This document shows, piece after piece, positions 17,545 through 37,852 of a stretch of 64,000 nucleotides of DNA. The position numbers were made by a program, and so were the translations under genes. The notes under the pieces are model-generated. The model had not been told where the DNA came from and ran no database searches. It was given only the letters and a program-made list of their open reading frames with translations. Within the stretch, counting starts at the first letter, position 1. The number at the start of each line of letters is the position of its first letter. Origin of the DNA: the human T2T-CHM13v2.0 reference genome, Homo sapiens; assembly GCF_009914755.1 (NCBI RefSeq), contig NC_060929.1; one strand, given 5' to 3'.

Positions 17545-18877
17545 TCAGCTGTTTGCTTTTGGTTGGTGACATAAAGCATTAATAGTAGTAGAAATAAGGG
17601 TCACCTCTGAGCTGTGAGGTGGACTCGGGTGTGACCTTGAGTCCCCCTAGTCCCTCCAATGAGACACTGGCTGGCCCAGATCTTGACCGGCTTTCCTCTT
17701 GCCCTCTTCCTCCACATCACTTAAACCCTTTGTCTCCAACTACATTAGATCTATTCAGTGTTTGCCTTTTTAATGCCTCCACAATTTCTAATACCTACAA
17801 AGAGCGGATTGATTCTCACCCCCAGAATATGCCAGCAGGAAGCGGTGGGGTGTGCATGTTGGCCTGGTCCCAATTTCAGGGACAAGCCAACAAGGGGGAA
17901 TATTGTCTTTCTTTTCATTCTGTATTTTATTTTTTTAGAGCATTTTTCTTTCTTATCCAGATTAGTCTGACCTCAGCACAAGACAACTATATATTACTTT
18001 TAACGGCAAACTTGAATGTCGCCTGGGTTGCACTGGTGGTTTTCCATGAATGTAATGTGATAATCCCCACGGAGCCACGAACCGCTTATTACTCCTACCC
18101 TGATAGAAATACTTAGTTGGCGCTATGATGATGTCTTTTATTTTTAACCCAGCTGAAAATGGAAGCATTACAGAGCTCAGAAATATTAATGAGAAAATTC
18201 TCCGCTTTACATGGCAGAGTAAACTCCGCACGATGGACTAGAATAAAAGTATTTTGCTTCAGTTTTACCTCGACAGAAACATCTTAACTGAGGCTTTCAA
18301 GCTAGGCTTTTGAGAATGAATCATATGACACACACATATACAAAATGGAAATGCCCTGCCATCTAAAATTAACTTTCTCTTATTGCACCGGTAGTGCTAA
18401 CAGTTACAAAAGAAGTTACTAAATAATGCACGCACTCGGATGATTTAAAATGCAGCTGTGCTCTTTTCTATTTTAGAAATCCTGAGGGTTAGAGCCTAAT
18501 CTAATCCTTTCTTTGTTAGAGCTTCTTTCAAATGATAGGCCCTTAAAAATGTTTTATTTGTCTCGAATCTGGCCTGCGTTATTAACAGGCTGTCTGTAAG
18601 CCTCTAAGAACTTTCTAGTGTTTGTTCGTTAGCAGATAGAAATGGACTTGCAATCTTACTCTTGTTCTAAGTAAATAAACTATGCTAAAACCCAGTGGGT
18701 GTTTAAAGCAGAAGGGTTTCTTCTTTATAAAGGACATGACTTACTACTGTATTCTACTTCTAGGCACAGTCCTATCAGGATAATTTGTGAGACGGTACCA
18801 TAATTATGAGTGTGAATCACCAGCAACTGAGTTTTCTTGTGTGTTTCATGAAAACAAAATAAATAAAAGTCTTCTCG

Positions 18878-19553
18878 TGTTGTGTCTTTGTGGGGAGGCA
18901 TGATGGAACCCCACCAAAAATTTGGTCCTAATGTCGGTACTTATTTTATTTATCTATTTGATAGAATTTCGCTCTGTCACCCAGGCTGGAGTGCAGTGGT
19001 GCAATCTCAGCTCACTGCAACCTCCAAGTGATCCTCCCACCTCAGCCTCCCAAGTAGCTGGGACTACAGGCATCTGCCATCACACCTGGCTAATTTTTGT
19101 ATTTTTAGTAGAGATGGGGTTTCACCATGTTGGCCAGGCTGGTCTCGAACTGCTGACCTCAGGTGATCCGTCCACCTTGGCCTCACAAATTGCTAATGTC
19201 CTTACCTACGACACGACAGAAGCACCAAAAGGGTATGAAAAACTTTATTACTCACTTAGTGAGACTTTCTGGGGAGAGCAAGGCAGACCCCCAAGCAGGT
19301 TCAGAATGGCTTGCGAGAGCAGGCAAAGGGCTACCATGTTGGCTTTTACTATGATCAGGAGGTGGCCAGGGGTGAGGGGTTCCATGTGTGTCCCAGAGCT
19401 TGTGTGGTTTAAACTTCCACTGGTGTCAAAAGAGCAAGCAGCTAGGCTTCCTTATATCTTGGCCAAATAAGAGGGAGTATTGGGACTTGACTTAAACTAG
19501 ATGGTTAACTGTCTTCAGTTAAACATCAAAATGGGCTCAGAGCTTTCATTACA
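18878..19553 (-). mobile_element. Old ERVL-type solo LTR (LTR47-like) interrupted by a deleted Alu (~18942-19194)
   Basis: TG...CA ends; minus strand tgtaatgaaagctctgagcccattttgatgtt...gtgagtaataaagtttttcataccc...cacaaca; family from memory. Confidence 0.65.
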
Positions 19554-19795
19554 CCTCATTTTTAATTGAAGACCTAAGACACCTTGAAAGGTAGGAACTA
19601 TTTCTAGACTAACACCAAATTTTCTCACTGCTTGAGAAGTGGGGCTTGTGGAATATCCTTTGAATAGCTTTTACAATTCTGCTATATATTTCCTTCCCGG
19701 GCTTTTAGGGGCAAAAACAAATAAACAAAAAAAAAACAAAAAAAAAGGACGCAGTCATTTTCTGATTAAAAAAAAACTTCTGGTAAGAAAGCCAT

Positions 19796-20637
<842 letters not shown>

Positions 20638-21086
20638 GTCAAGGGACATTAGGGACTGTTTAGGATTATCTTACTATTTAGATGGAGAAACTTCTGGCCC
20701 AGTGATTTATCCAGGATCACACAAACTAGAATCCAAGCACTGAGCTTTTAAAAATGTGCCTCCACTAATTTAGCTCAGAGAATTTGATGTTATCTTATAT
20801 TTTCCTGGGCTCTTAATAACAATGCTCTCTCTGAAGATTAGTGTTAAAAGCCTAGCTTTAAAAACTACATCAATTGTATATGTCATTTTCTCATAATCTT
20901 CTTTGTCTGAATATGTTGTAGGATTTTTATATGAATTATAAAATGAAGACTCTGTATTTCATCACACTGCAAATGTTAAATTATATCTTAGCATTGGGTA
21001 ATAGACCCAACGACAAATCTTCCCTTTTGTTAATCGTTGTATTAACTTTTAAAATAAAATACCTTTCCCTTGATTTTTTTTTTTTA

Positions 21087-21426
<340 letters not shown>

Positions 21427-22078
21427 GCTTTTATTTTACAATGATTTTAGATTCATAGAAGTTTTGAAGATAGTACTGAGAGTTTTCATCTAGCCCACCA
21501 CGCTCAGTTTCCCCTATTAATGACATCTTACATTAGTGTGGTACATTTTCCAAAATTAACCAACCTTGATACAGTATTATTAACTAAAGTCCATACTTTA
21601 CTCCCATTTCCTTCATTTTTACCTAATGTCCTTTCCTGTTCAAGGATCCCATCCAGGAGACATGTCATATTTAGGGAGGCATCATGACTTCTTAGGGTCC
21701 TCTGCACTGTGACAGTTTCTCAGACTCTCCTTGCTTTGTCTGAGCACTGGTCACGTATTTCGTAGAATGTCTCTCAACTGGGCTTTGCCTGATGTCTGTC
21801 TCATGGTTTTATGGGTTTTTGGGAGGAAGACCACACAGGTAAAGTGAAATTCTCATCACATTATATCAAAGAAACAGACTATCTACATGATTTTGTCATT
21901 GTTGACATTAACTCTAATCATCTACCTGAGGTAGTGTTTATTCTTAGATAAAGGGTACAGCAGAATGTTCTGGAGACGCGTAAATGACGAGGCAGGAAGG
22001 ACAGAGGGGTTTTCGTGTATGATTTCTACGAAGGAAAGTTATTCTCTCTTTCCATATTATATTCTTTGGAAAGAAGGC

Positions 22079-22379
22079 TTTTTGTTTGTTTTTGAGACGA
22101 AGTCTCTCTCTGTTGCCCAGGCTGGAGTGTAGTGGTGCAATCTTGGCTCACTGCAACCTCTGCCTCTCGGGTTCAAGCAATTCTCTCTCTCCTGCCTCAG
22201 CCTCCTGAGTAGCTGGGACTACAGGCATGTGCCACTATGCCCAGCTAATTTTTGTGTTTTCAGTAGAGACAGGGTTTCATTATGTTGGCCAGGCTGGTCT
22301 TGAACTTCTGACCTTGTGATCTGCCCACCTCGGCCTCCCAAAATGCTGGGATTACAGGCATGAGCCACCATGCCCGGCC
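22079..22379 (-). mobile_element. AluS
   Basis: Reverse Alu; TSD TGGAAAGAAG. Confidence 0.94.
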
Positions 22380-22495
22380 TGGAAAGAAGTCTTTAAGTGC
22401 AAGTTTAATTTAAGAATGAGGAGTTATGCTCCACCTCAAGGGTGGAATATGTGCATAAATTTTATTTAGAATTACTGTGCATGGGAGATTTGACT

Positions 22496-22856
22496 ATTAT
22501 CTATCTCTCCTTCTATGTATCTATCTATCCATCCATCATCTGTGTATCTGTGCATCCATCCATCCATCCTTCCATGTATGTATCTATCTACCCTTCAACC
22601 TATCTATCCTTTAATCAATCCTCCTCTCTATCCAGCCATCTGGCGTCTATGTATCTATGCATCCAGCCAGCCATCCATGTATATATGTATGTATATATAT
22701 ATCTATCCTTCAATCTATCAATCTATCCATCCATGTATGTATCCATCCATCCATCCATGTATGTATGTATGTATGTATCATCTATCTAGCCATTTGTCTG
22801 TCCATTGGGTCCATCTGTCCATCCATCCATCTATGTACCTACCTACCTATCTAACC
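22496..22856. repeat. Compound (TCTA/TCCA/TGTA)n degenerate tetranucleotide repeat
   Basis: Direct reading; source of the low-complexity ORFs here. Confidence 0.92.
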
Positions 22857-23007
22857 ATAAGGACTCAGGGGTACTTACTTTATACTTTCTATTCTAATCC
22901 AATACTACTTTATCTTGGGAATGAAATTGTTTAAGCTTTGGCCATTGGGAGCTCTTTCAGTTGACTTCTGTTCCCCTTTGATATATCCTTATCATGTGTA
23001 TGTGTGA

Positions 23008-23313
<306 letters not shown>

Positions 23314-23605
23314 TGTTTTTTTTTTTCCTTAGCACTACCTATTTTCTGGCACTGTTAAGATGTTCCAGTTTCATCTTATTTGTTTCCTGCACCAGTGTTA
23401 GGGTCAGCCATTTCTCCAAGGTGTGGTATCTTCTGTCAAAGAATGATTGTAGGAACAAAAATGTGGGTGTGAGGTGTGCTTTTTGCTACTGAAGTGTCAT
23501 TGCTTCTAGGTGGTTCTCTCAGCCAACAAAGCAAGGAAATATGTTCATATTCTAACTCTTCTATATGCACATACCTGTAAATATTTCTATATGTATCCAT
23601 TTTCC

Positions 23606-24233
<628 letters not shown>

Positions 24234-24395
24234 CAGTTTTCATATTAAGCTAAACACTAGTTCATACTGATGTCTCCCTCTCTAATCCAGTACATTGGGT
24301 ATCCTAGCCTCCCTCCCTTGCTTGTTTGTAACCACCCCCTCCAACAGTGGGAAACCTGGCTTCTGCCATCTGCCATCATATACTTAATTGTTTAA

Positions 24396-24796
<401 letters not shown>

Positions 24797-25018
24797 CCGC
24801 CTAGTTCCATTTTTTAAAGCCCACCAGAGTAGATTTCTTATGCTAAATTGCATTAATAGGCCTGTGTTGTTTTTTGTTAATGTTTGTGGCACTTCAAAAG
24901 CATAGTAATTATCAATTAGTCTGAATGAGTGTAAAAGGAAGAGTTTCAAGAAATTGAAGGAAGCCTGTAATTTCAATTTAGGATTCCTTTATATCTGATC
25001 CTTCAAGACTAGAAGTCA

Positions 25019-25319
25019 GGCTGGGCATGGTGGCTCACGCATATAATCCCAGCACTTTAGGAGGCAGAGATGGACAAATTGCTTGAGCTAAGGATTTGAA
25101 GACCCACCTGGGCAACATGCAAAACCCCATCTTTACAAGAATACACAAATTGGCTGGGCGTGGTGGTGTAAGCTTGTGGTTCCAGCTACTTGGGAGGCTG
25201 AGGTGGAAGGATCACCTAAGCCTGGGAAGTCAAGCTGCAGTGAGCTGAGATTGCGCCACTGTACTTCAGCCTCGGTGACAGGAGTGAGACCCTGTTCAAA
25301 AAAAAAAAAAAAAAAAAAA
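25019..25319 (+). mobile_element. AluJ
   Basis: Diverged dimeric Alu with J motifs. Confidence 0.92.
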
Positions 25320-25898
25320 CAGACTAGGACCCAAATTGGATAAATGGGACTGAGACTTAAAAAATATAACCATTTTCTTTCTCGGTTTCCAATCAGTCTC
25401 TCAATGCTTTTCAATAAATCTCTGCTTTTGCATTTGAGTGTGCTTGGGTCCCCTTTTTTCCAACTTCTTTATTCATCCTCTTCCTCACTTCCCTTCCAAA
25501 TCAGCTTGTCTTCCTCATCCATTGGGTTTGGTTACTTCCTTTTCCTTGGTCCTCCACTCCAAAGCATCCTTGTTTGTCTGGTATGACGTGACAGTAGCTG
25601 AGTCACACCTTATGGGAATGAAGTCATCAAAAGTCTCTATCCTTTCCTCTTTTTGGAGACTGGGAATGTGAGAAAAATGGTAAAAAGGAAATGGACAGGG
25701 ACTACAGCCAGCTCAGGAGAATGACTGTCATGGGTACTGGGTTGATAACAGGTTTAACGAGTTTATAGGACCTCTCTTCTGATGAGATTGAGACTGTCAC
25801 CTGAAACCAGAGGCTGTTCACTTAATTTAAGAAGCGGACCATAGAAGGGAATCTCTTTTTAAAAAGTGATGCAATTTATTTTAGAACATTTTGACTTA

Positions 25899-26323
<425 letters not shown>

Positions 26324-26562
26324 TCATCTTTCTTGAATAACTGACATCCTCCAGTATACCATCTATGAGTTCTAACTTTCGTTTCTTTATTACAAAGGAG
26401 AACTCAAAGAATTTGTGAAGCAATCAAAGTACATAATTCTTCTAGATTTTCATGACGCAACCCACCTTGAGTCATATATGGTTCTTACCCAAATTTACTT
26501 TGACAGCAGTTGTTAGTTACTTTTATTCCATCTTTGCAAAGTAGTAGTCAACTGTAGTTTCT

Positions 26563-26822
26563 TTTTTTTTTTTTTTTGAGACGGAGTCTTGCTCTGTCGC
26601 CCAGGCTGGAGTGCAGTGGCACAATCTTGGCTCACTGCAAGCTCCCAAGTAGCTGGAACTACAGGCGCCTGCCACCATGCCCGGCTAATTTTTTTTGTAT
26701 TTTTAGTAGAGATGGGGTTTCACCGTGTTAGCCAAAACGGTCTCGATCTCCTGACCTCGTGATCCACCCGCCTCAGCCTCCTAAAGTGCTGGGATTACAG
26801 GCATGAGCCACGGCGCCCGGCC
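26563..26822 (-). mobile_element. AluY with ~35 bp right-arm deletion
   Basis: gcaagctcc joined to caagtagctg; TSD AGTCAACTGTAGTTTCTT. Confidence 0.93.
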
Positions 26823-27402
26823 AGTCAACTGTAGTTTCTTAGAAAAAGCAATTCTCTTTTTGCCCTTTTATTTAATTGGTTTTCATAATGGTTAATTAGT
26901 TTAATTAAATTCTTAGTTAAAATAACAAGTCTATTCCATATAAAAATATTTGAGAATAACTGACTTTGATAAGCACCAACTGAGTCTGATAGGTGACTCC
27001 GTGCTTATCAAAGTTACCTATGTTTGTCGTGTACCAGAGGGAAGCCTATTAATTTCAAGCTTTCAGCGTGTTGTGGGTCTCAGTTGATTTGCTTTACAGA
27101 TAAATTGAAGAGTGTTGCTTAACCCAAATGAGTTGGTTAAGTGGAGGTCCATTGGTAGAACTTCTACTCTGCCAGATGGTTTACAAAGCTGAGTGTACTT
27201 CCAGGTTTGAAATGTGGAGTCATTGGACAATCACTACAGCATAAAGAGAACTGCTTTATTATATAGCTTAAGCTACTCTGGTAAAAACACCGTTAGGCTC
27301 CATATTTCTACCTCAATGATATACATAAAGTGCATGAAATTCCACTATTGAATAGTTGTCATTTCAGAGCATTGCCTTATGTAGGCATTCTCTCTTAAAT
27401 TA

Positions 27403-28504
<1,102 letters not shown>

Positions 28505-28641
28505 TTAACACCTAGATTTAGCATTAGTATCTTCTTTGAATCAGTTTATTGAATCAGTTTCACTGCCAGGAAGAGCCTTGGGAAGAGTAAAAGCTTCAAG
28601 AAAAAGAGTACAGAAAGTAGAGTTTTCCAAAGATAATCCTA

Positions 28642-28646
<5 letters not shown>

Positions 28647-28672
<26 letters not shown>

Positions 28673-28954
28673 TGAGACAGAGTTTCATTCTGTCACCCAG
28701 GCTAAAGTGCAGTAGTGTGATCTCGGCTCACCGCAACCTCCTCCTCCTGGGTTCAAGCAATTCTCCTGCCTCAGCCTCCCAAATATCTGGGATTACAGGC
28801 TCCTGCCACCCCACCCAGCTAATTTTTTTGTATTTTTAGTAGACACGAGGTTTCAGCATGTTGGCCAGATTGGTCTCGAACTCCTGACCTCAAGTGATCC
28901 ACTCTCTGGCCTCCCAAAGTGCTGTAATTACAGGCGTGAGCCACCACACCCAGC
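28647..28954 (-). mobile_element. AluSx-type
   Basis: Reverse Alu; TSD AATCCTATTCTCT. Confidence 0.94.
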
Positions 28955-29070
28955 CAATCCTATTCTCTGTGATACTCCCCCATGCTGAATCTGAATAGAA
29001 CCATGTTAGTAGCACATGAGAACAATCTAGAATAAATCATGGACTTAGCGATTAAATTTATCAACGTGTG

Positions 29071-30017
<947 letters not shown>

Positions 30018-30189
30018 TAATTTATAGCCCAAATGGATTTTTTTATATCTACATTATCCATTATTCCTATATAGGCTAAATTAGTAAAATACTACTTGAC
30101 GAAGTTTCAAAATAACTTTTTGTGTAGGTGAGAGGAGAGCTATTTCTTGAGGGGTTTGCGGATAGATCTTGGATGAAGACTATTCCTAG

Positions 30190-30318
30190 ACTGGTGTGGT
30201 GGCTCATGCTTGTAATACCAGCACTTTGGGAGGCCAAGGCTGGAAGATTGCTTGAACCCAGGAGTTCAAAACCAGCCTGGGTAACATAGTGAGACCCCAT
30301 CTTGAAAAAAAAAAATAA
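30190..30318 (+). mobile_element. FLAM / free left Alu monomer
   Basis: Left-arm monomer with A tail. Confidence 0.85.
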
Positions 30319-30323
30319 AGGAC

Positions 30324-30631
30324 TTTTTTTTTTTTTTTTTTTTTGAGACGGAGTCTCGCTCTGTCGCCCAGGCTGGAGTGCAGTGGCATGAACTAGGCTC
30401 ACTGCAAGCTCCGCCTCCCGGGTTTACTTAGGCCATGCTCCTGCCTCAGCCTCCCGTGTAGCTGGTACTACAGGTACCCACCACCATGCCCAGCTAATTT
30501 TTTTGTATTTTTTAGTAGAGATGGGGTTTCACTGTGTTAGCCAGGATGGTCTCGATCTCCTGACCTCGTGATCCGCCCACCTTGGCCTCCCAAAGTGCTG
30601 GGATTACAGGTGTGAGCCACGGCGCCCGGCC
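30324..30631 (-). mobile_element. AluY
   Basis: Reverse Alu with Y motifs. Confidence 0.93.
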
Positions 30632-30649
30632 AAAAAGAACTATTTCTAG

Positions 30650-31337
<688 letters not shown>

Positions 31338-31969
31338 AAATAAGTACATTCTTAAAAGTGAAAGAAACAGTTAAGCTAGGGAAAGGGGCAAAGAGCCACT
31401 GACTGTCTTGTCAGGGTCATGTGCTGATGGCATACACAAAGCTCTGATCTATTTTTAGTTTTAGCTTTAGGGCCATTTACAGGATTTCTCTAACCTGATT
31501 ACAGCCCTAGGAGTTGAACCCAGTGAAAAAAATCTCTCATCACAAGCTAAGATGGTTATTTGGTTACAGACTCGGAAGCAGTGGACAAAACTCCCCACTG
31601 CACATTAAGCTTGGGGGTCATAACGTCCTGCAGGCATTCTCCAGGGGGCGGGTCCCCTGGCTCTCAGATGCATACCCTTGTCCTTGTGCCTGTGCAAGCG
31701 GGCAGGAAGGTCCCCTGTTGCTCACCTGTGTCTGTTTATTATTATTGTCCACAAAACCTTCGTAAGGACAAAGAAAATAAAACACACTGGATTGACTTAA
31801 AACAAACATTCATGTTGAATATGATGATTTTTTTGGTGAATGTTCAGCATCAACTGTCTTAGCTCCAAATGGGAAAATAATGCTCCCTGAATACCTGGAG
31901 AAGAGAATGTAAGGGACAATTGGAAGATACAAGCTAAGACTCACACAACTGCCAAGTCTTCATAGGAAT

Positions 31970-32390
31970 GGATTCATTGATTCATTCACTTATTCTTGCA
32001 ACCAGGAATTATTAAGCAAACACTAAATGCTGGACACCCTAGTCACTGCTGGGGAGACAATTCGGAAGACTTCATTTCTGCCCTCAGTGAGTTTATAGTG
32101 GAGGAGAGGAATAGGGACATAGCCAGCAGTAAACAAATACTTTTGCTTATAGTTCTATAGAAGAAACATGGCAAGACATTACATGACCACAGATTAGCAT
32201 CATGAGCAACATGATCTAGACAGGAAATTCTAGAAAGGCTTTTCCAAGGAAGTTACATGTAAGCCCAGAGGTGAAAAGGAGTCAAGATTAGACAAGAAAA
32301 GAGCAGGTGGCAAGAAGGATGGGTGGAGCTGTTCTAGGGGAAGAAACAGGATGATACCTAAATTGGAATAGGGCTCAGTACATGGAATGG
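31970..32390 (-). mobile_element. L2 fragment
   Basis: attcattgattcattcact...ttattaagcaaacacta...tgccctcagtgagtttatagt. Confidence 0.65.
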
Positions 32391-32550
32391 GCTGGAAGTT
32401 AACATTAATGTCTAGCCTTTGTGAGCCCTTACTAAGTGCCACGTTGTGTGCTAGAAGTTTATGTACATTGTTACACTTAATCTTTTGTAGCATCTCCACA
32501 AAGTATATACTATTCTCAGGTGAAGAAATAAAAGGTATAGAATAATTAAA

Positions 32551-32778
32551 TGGGTCAGGTGTAGTGGCTCACGCCTATAATCCCAACACAAAAAAATTAA
32601 AAAATGAGCCAGGCATGGTGATATCAGCACACCAGTAGTCCCAGCTGTGCAAGAGGCTGAGGCAGGATTGCTTGCATCTGGAAGGCCGAGGCTGCAGTGA
32701 GCCGTGATTGCGCCACTGCATTCCAGCCTGGTTGACAGAGCGAGACCCTGTCTCCAAAAGAGCAAAAAACAAAAACCC
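32551..32778 (+). mobile_element. AluJ with most of left arm deleted, next to a MIR remnant (~32410-32545)
   Basis: cccaacac joined to linker, then intact right arm. Confidence 0.8.
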
Positions 32779-33177
32779 AAGAAATAAGGTGTGTATTATC
32801 TGAAGTTGTTCATCAAATCAGGGCTCTTGAGTAGCTTCATTTTCCTGAACTGTGCGTTTCCCATGACTTAGAGTAAGGGCTGGTTGAGCAGAGAAACATT
32901 GCCCAATGAATAAAAGGGCTGTATGGAAGCTCTAAACCAGTGAGACAGATGAGGGTCTGGCCCCACCATCATTTATTCAGAAAGCCTTTACCCGTTTGGT
33001 CTGGAGTGATGAGGTCCCAGAGGAATCTCCAAGAGGCAGCCTTGCTGTTGGCTGTGTGTGAGTAGCACTATCCTCAAACTAGTTCCTAACTTTTAACGGT
33101 TTGCAAGCTCTTTTCATTATCTGATAAAAGCCATAGACTCCATTTCCCAGAAAAAGGTTATCACATACAAAATTCAG

Positions 33178-33842
<665 letters not shown>

Positions 33843-34003
33843 CTTGGCACATAATTTTGGGGCATGTAGTCTTATTCATATACCAGAGGTTAAGCACACT
33901 TGGTGTTTTATACGTTGTGACGAGTAAGGAAGCTAGCATACGTTAACAACTGCCTCTTAAAGGATTCCTCTTGGACCCTGGAACATCCTGTTTCAAACAA
34001 GAC

Positions 34004-34345
34004 TGTTAATGGTGGAGGGTGTCTTGGTTCTTGGCATCTAGAACAAAGAATTCGGCAAAATGCACAAACAAAGCAAGGAAGGAATGAAGGGTTTTATTGA
34101 AAATGAAAGTACACTCCACAGTGTGCGTCTGAGCATAGGGAGTCATAGCATAGGCCCTGTTACAGAGTTTTTGTGAGTTTAAATGCCCTCTACTAGGGGT
34201 ACACCTTATGTAAATGAAGAGGATGAAGTAAAGTTACAAAGTCATTTACTCAGTGTATACCCTATGGAGAGGATTATTTCCTGTTACAGCTGAAGTGTGA
34301 ATCAGCCTTATATTCCCCACCTCCAGACCCTATTTTTGTGCCTCA
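34004..34345 (-). mobile_element. MER61-type ERV1 solo LTR
   Basis: Minus strand TGAGGCACAAAAATAGGGTCTGGAGG...CCCTCCACCATTAACA; 4-bp TSD AGAC/AGAT. Confidence 0.85.
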
Positions 34346-35821
34346 AGATGAGGGGAAAATAATCCATCAATCACTCAATCATGGGATTCAGCAAACATGA
34401 TTGATCTTCCTGTTATGCTTAATTGGGAGGTTGTAGTTAACTTCTAGGGGGAAAGGTGATGTGATTTAAATTATATCCTTTGATATGAGACTCACTCTCA
34501 ATACAAACTAGTGGAATATCCTTGGAGAATAGCAGAGACAGCCTTCAATGGTTATGCTTACATTACCTCACTTCTCATGAGAACAATAGTGAGACACTTC
34601 AAAAAGTTTGCAGCTGCTAACCCTGTATGAATTTAAAAACTAAAAATGAAATAGAAAGCCTAGAAGTCTAGTCCCCATTCCTGCAATTGTTTTCGTGACA
34701 CGAAAGGGAAAGAAAAATGACCAGTAAATTAATTTTTGTTCTTCCCACGATTCTACAACAGCAATGCCCTTAAAAGCTGTGAACATCAATAGCCTGAAAA
34801 AGGCCAGCACTGGAGCTGTAGCCAGTGTTGCCTGTTTTAATTGAAATCCTTAATTAGCAACAGCCTGAGGCCCTAAGTCATCATGAGTTGCTTTTAGAGC
34901 AGGACCTGTGACTGTCCAGGCCTCCAGGGCAGCACTGAATGTCTATGTGGTTGTGATCACAAGACATAGCACTCTTTTCAGAGAGCTTTTATGAAACAGA
35001 ACTTTCATAAAACATAAGATAAAAACACAGTGATCTGACACAGCACATCCCAGAAAATTGTAACATACCCAAACACATCCTTATCCCAAAGAGCTGTCTG
35101 GAATAGTCTAAGTGATTGTAGATTACAGTTTTTCTTTTGAGAAAATATTGAATGAAAAGCATATTACATTTAGAGGGTTCTCAAATATCAGTGGTGGGAT
35201 ATGCTATGCTGTACCTGTGTGTGTAATATATGTGATGATTTATCAAATCTCAGCAGTGGTTAAATTGCAAGTGAGGCTGTTAAAATAAACTGTGCAATTC
35301 TTGAGAAATCTACATAGGCACTTAACATACTACCAAAGAAGAAAAAGTCCTGGTAGTTTCTCTCCAGGGTGTCTCTCTCCACTAACTTGTTTAATAACAA
35401 ACCTTGGGGCTGGTATAATATCTAAGTGACAGATATTATTAAGTGGATCCTTTGGGCCAGCTGCATGATTTCTTGTGATTTCAGAAGGACATCTTTCCAT
35501 CCAAGGGATGTCTTCATGGACAGTTAGAAACTTACTTTGCTTTTTGACAGGAAGTGGTTTCTCATGTAGTCATTTTGGGTTTTTGTCAATTTCCAAAAAG
35601 GTGGATTAAAATAACTGCTGAAGTTGGAGGCCAAGCTCAGTGAAGTGGTCTCTTCTGGGTAATGGACTGGAAATGACCATCTGATACCACATCTATTTCC
35701 CAGAAGCCATTAGTTGTTAACAAATTTAACATAGATAAGAAGTTAGCAGTTTTTTGGAGTCAGCAGAACTGAATAGGTCATATTACTAAATATTTTAACA
35801 GCTTTATATTAGAAATAATTT

Positions 35822-36405
<584 letters not shown>

Positions 36406-36837
36406 ATTCACGTATCATAAAATTAACCTACTTGAAGTGTATAGTTTCATGTTTTTAATATATTCATAGGCCTGTGCAGCTAGCAACACAATCCACGTCT
36501 AGAACATTTGTGTCCCTTCCCTAAAAACCCTGTGCCCGTTTGTAGTCACCTCCCATTCCTGCCTTGGACTATCTCATCTTTGTAAATATTTTCCCCAAAC
36601 ATCTTAGTTTTTTAAACTTACTTTTATTAAGCGTAGTAAACAGTGTACAAAGTATATTGTAGTACATTGTAAACACTAGTGAGGGAACACAGGGCCATGC
36701 TACATAATTTACACAGATCATTCACTTACCAAATAGTAATGGAATGACTGTTATGTGCCAGACATTGTTCTGAGGCTTAGCATATAGCTATGAACCAAAT
36801 AGACACAAACTACTGCCCCTGTAGAACACACATTCTA

Positions 36838-37852
<1,015 letters not shown>

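Noticed and set aside
17619-18116. 165-aa non-repeat ORF
   Set aside because: GTG start, crosses a T-rich intron-like tract, and has no recognisable domain.
22442-22934. ORFs rich in S, I, H, P and Y
   Set aside because: Translations of a tetranucleotide microsatellite.
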